The position numbers and the translations under genes were made by a program. The notes beneath the pieces are model-generated. The model was not told the DNA's origin. It did not search any database and saw nothing but the letters and a program-made list of their open reading frames with translations. From Chrysomallon squamiferum (Eukaryota > Animalia > Mollusca), in contig CM022679.1 in NCBI GenBank assembly GCA_012295275.1, positions 27,280,001-27,344,000 on the forward strand: 64,000 nucleotides of DNA, given 5' to 3'. This document shows, piece after piece, positions 56,426-64,000 of this stretch. Positions within the stretch are counted from its first letter, which is position 1. Each line of letters opens with the position of its first letter.

Positions 56426-58131
56426 TAAATAAATATAAAATATATATATTTTTTTACTTAGAAATGAATAAAAAACAATAACATGATATGCATACATTAA
56501 TATATATTTATGTTAAATGAACAGCTTTCTCATTTCTCAAAACAAAAAAAAATTAAATAAATAAAAGAAAAGCAATATTTATATCTTTAATAATACAGAA
56601 GCATTATAATATATAATTATAAAATGAAATCATATCAAAACTTTAGAAATGTCTCCTCTTACATGAAAAAACACAAGTGCCAATAATAAAATTATTTTAA
56701 ACTGACTTTATGGTGCTATTTTTATTCTTGTTATCATCATCATCATTATTGTTATTATCATCACTGTTGTTCTGGTTATTATTATTATTATTTTTAGGTT
56801 AATAAATTTATTAAATTTAAGAGGTAAAAAGATATTATCAACATCAGCATTATTATTATTATTTTTAATGATTTCATGATGCATCTTCTATTTAGACTAA
56901 CTGCAGTGGCTCATAACATTTTTTTACAGAAAGCTGTTTACACAAGTATATGCTAAGCTATCAAAAGTATATATATATATATACTTTGAGTTATATATAT
57001 TATAACCATACCATTTGAAAAAGTCTAATCAAATTTTAAAAACAAAAACATAATGTAAAACAAAAGATAATAAAATATTTTTTTTCTCGCAAACTGCAAG
57101 AACAATAGTTTAAATGAACAGCAAATTTAAACTTTTCACTACCAAGTTCATTATGTACACCTGTCTTTATGTATGTGTGTCTTCGACAACATGAATTGGG
57201 CTATATTTAAGTCCCACAATCTGATGACGAGAGATATAATTAAATGATTTTGTTTGAAAATTGTTGCAGATGCATTTCTAATCTGAAACTATGACATGAA
57301 AGCACAAAAATAATTTAACTCCTTGGATACGCTTCATTTTAGTACACTGTGTAAAAAACAAGTGAAAATAAACAGCAATAAATCATCCTTATATTCATTC
57401 TGCTTACAGAACTAAGCACACTTAATATGGAAGACACAACACACTCCAGTCTATTTAAGGCACTGTTGCAGCTATTAAATAACAAAAAACTAAAGATAAC
57501 AAAAACAAAAAAATGCATGCTACATTTTCCTAGCTGAAGGCAAGTTATAATTTACTGGCACGAAAATGCAACAAAATGTTTGACTTGCGATGCTATGACA
57601 AATCATGTTAAAACTGATATGCTGAGTTTTGAACCAAGTGATATTATATAGCTGAAAAATATTTCAAACTGTAAAACATTAGCATTGTGTAACTCACATT
57701 CTTCAGTAAACAGAGAGATAAGCTGCATCCTAACTGAACACATATGATGCAAGTGATGTGAGTGTATTTGTTTTGAAAACCACTGGTTTCAGTTGGGGCA
57801 TCCTAGCTCAAACTGTCACACCATATGCAGCCAGCTAGGAAGCTGCAACTGAAAGCAATGGTTTCTAAAAAAAAAAAAAACTTAGGATACACCATTACCA
57901 CAACAACCACAATTAATTCACCACAGCCTGCCCAAAATTAATTGAAAGAATATAAAAGTTTCTTATTCTGAAAAAAATTAAAAATTAAAAATTAAAAACC
58001 CACAAATTATTTCAGTCTTATTTCAGCCATCCCTGGTTCAAAAAAAAAAAAAAAAAAAAAAAAATTCACAGAGGTTATATTAAGCATTTTTTTTTTGTTT
58101 TTTTAGTGGAACATTATTCAGTGAAAACTCT

Positions 58132-63973
<5,842 letters not shown>

Positions 63974-64000
63974 GTTGGTTTGGTAAAAAAATATATTTCT

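Overview
AT-rich, microsatellite-dense animal genomic DNA with GT-AG introns (invertebrate-like; the taxon cannot be fixed from sequence alone). Almost all ORF-track entries are microsatellite artefacts, so the genes below were rebuilt by hand from splice sites. The left and middle part (8.9-34 kb) is a duplication-rich cluster. It holds one 351-aa protein with two LRAT/PLAAT (permuted NlpC/P60) domains, the first catalytically dead and the second with His-His-Cys intact, followed by a Ser/Gly/Pro tail. Beside it are six small Ser/Gly-rich genes: a CaaX-ending 134-aa protein, three poly-Ser microproteins, a 170-aa protein and a 63-aa protein. They share short peptide motifs with each other and with the LRAT protein, and the surrounding DNA carries many STAT-like (TTC-Nx-GAA) and some NF-kB-like sites. 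The right part holds a single-domain WCPPC nucleoredoxin/tryparedoxin-like gene, a head-to-head pair of TMEM243-like paralogues, and a coiled-coil protein with a C-terminal CCHC zinc finger (NEMO/optineurin/TNIP-like) that has an apparent 1-bp frameshift. Two intronic minisatellites are each built from the neighbouring exon/donor junction.
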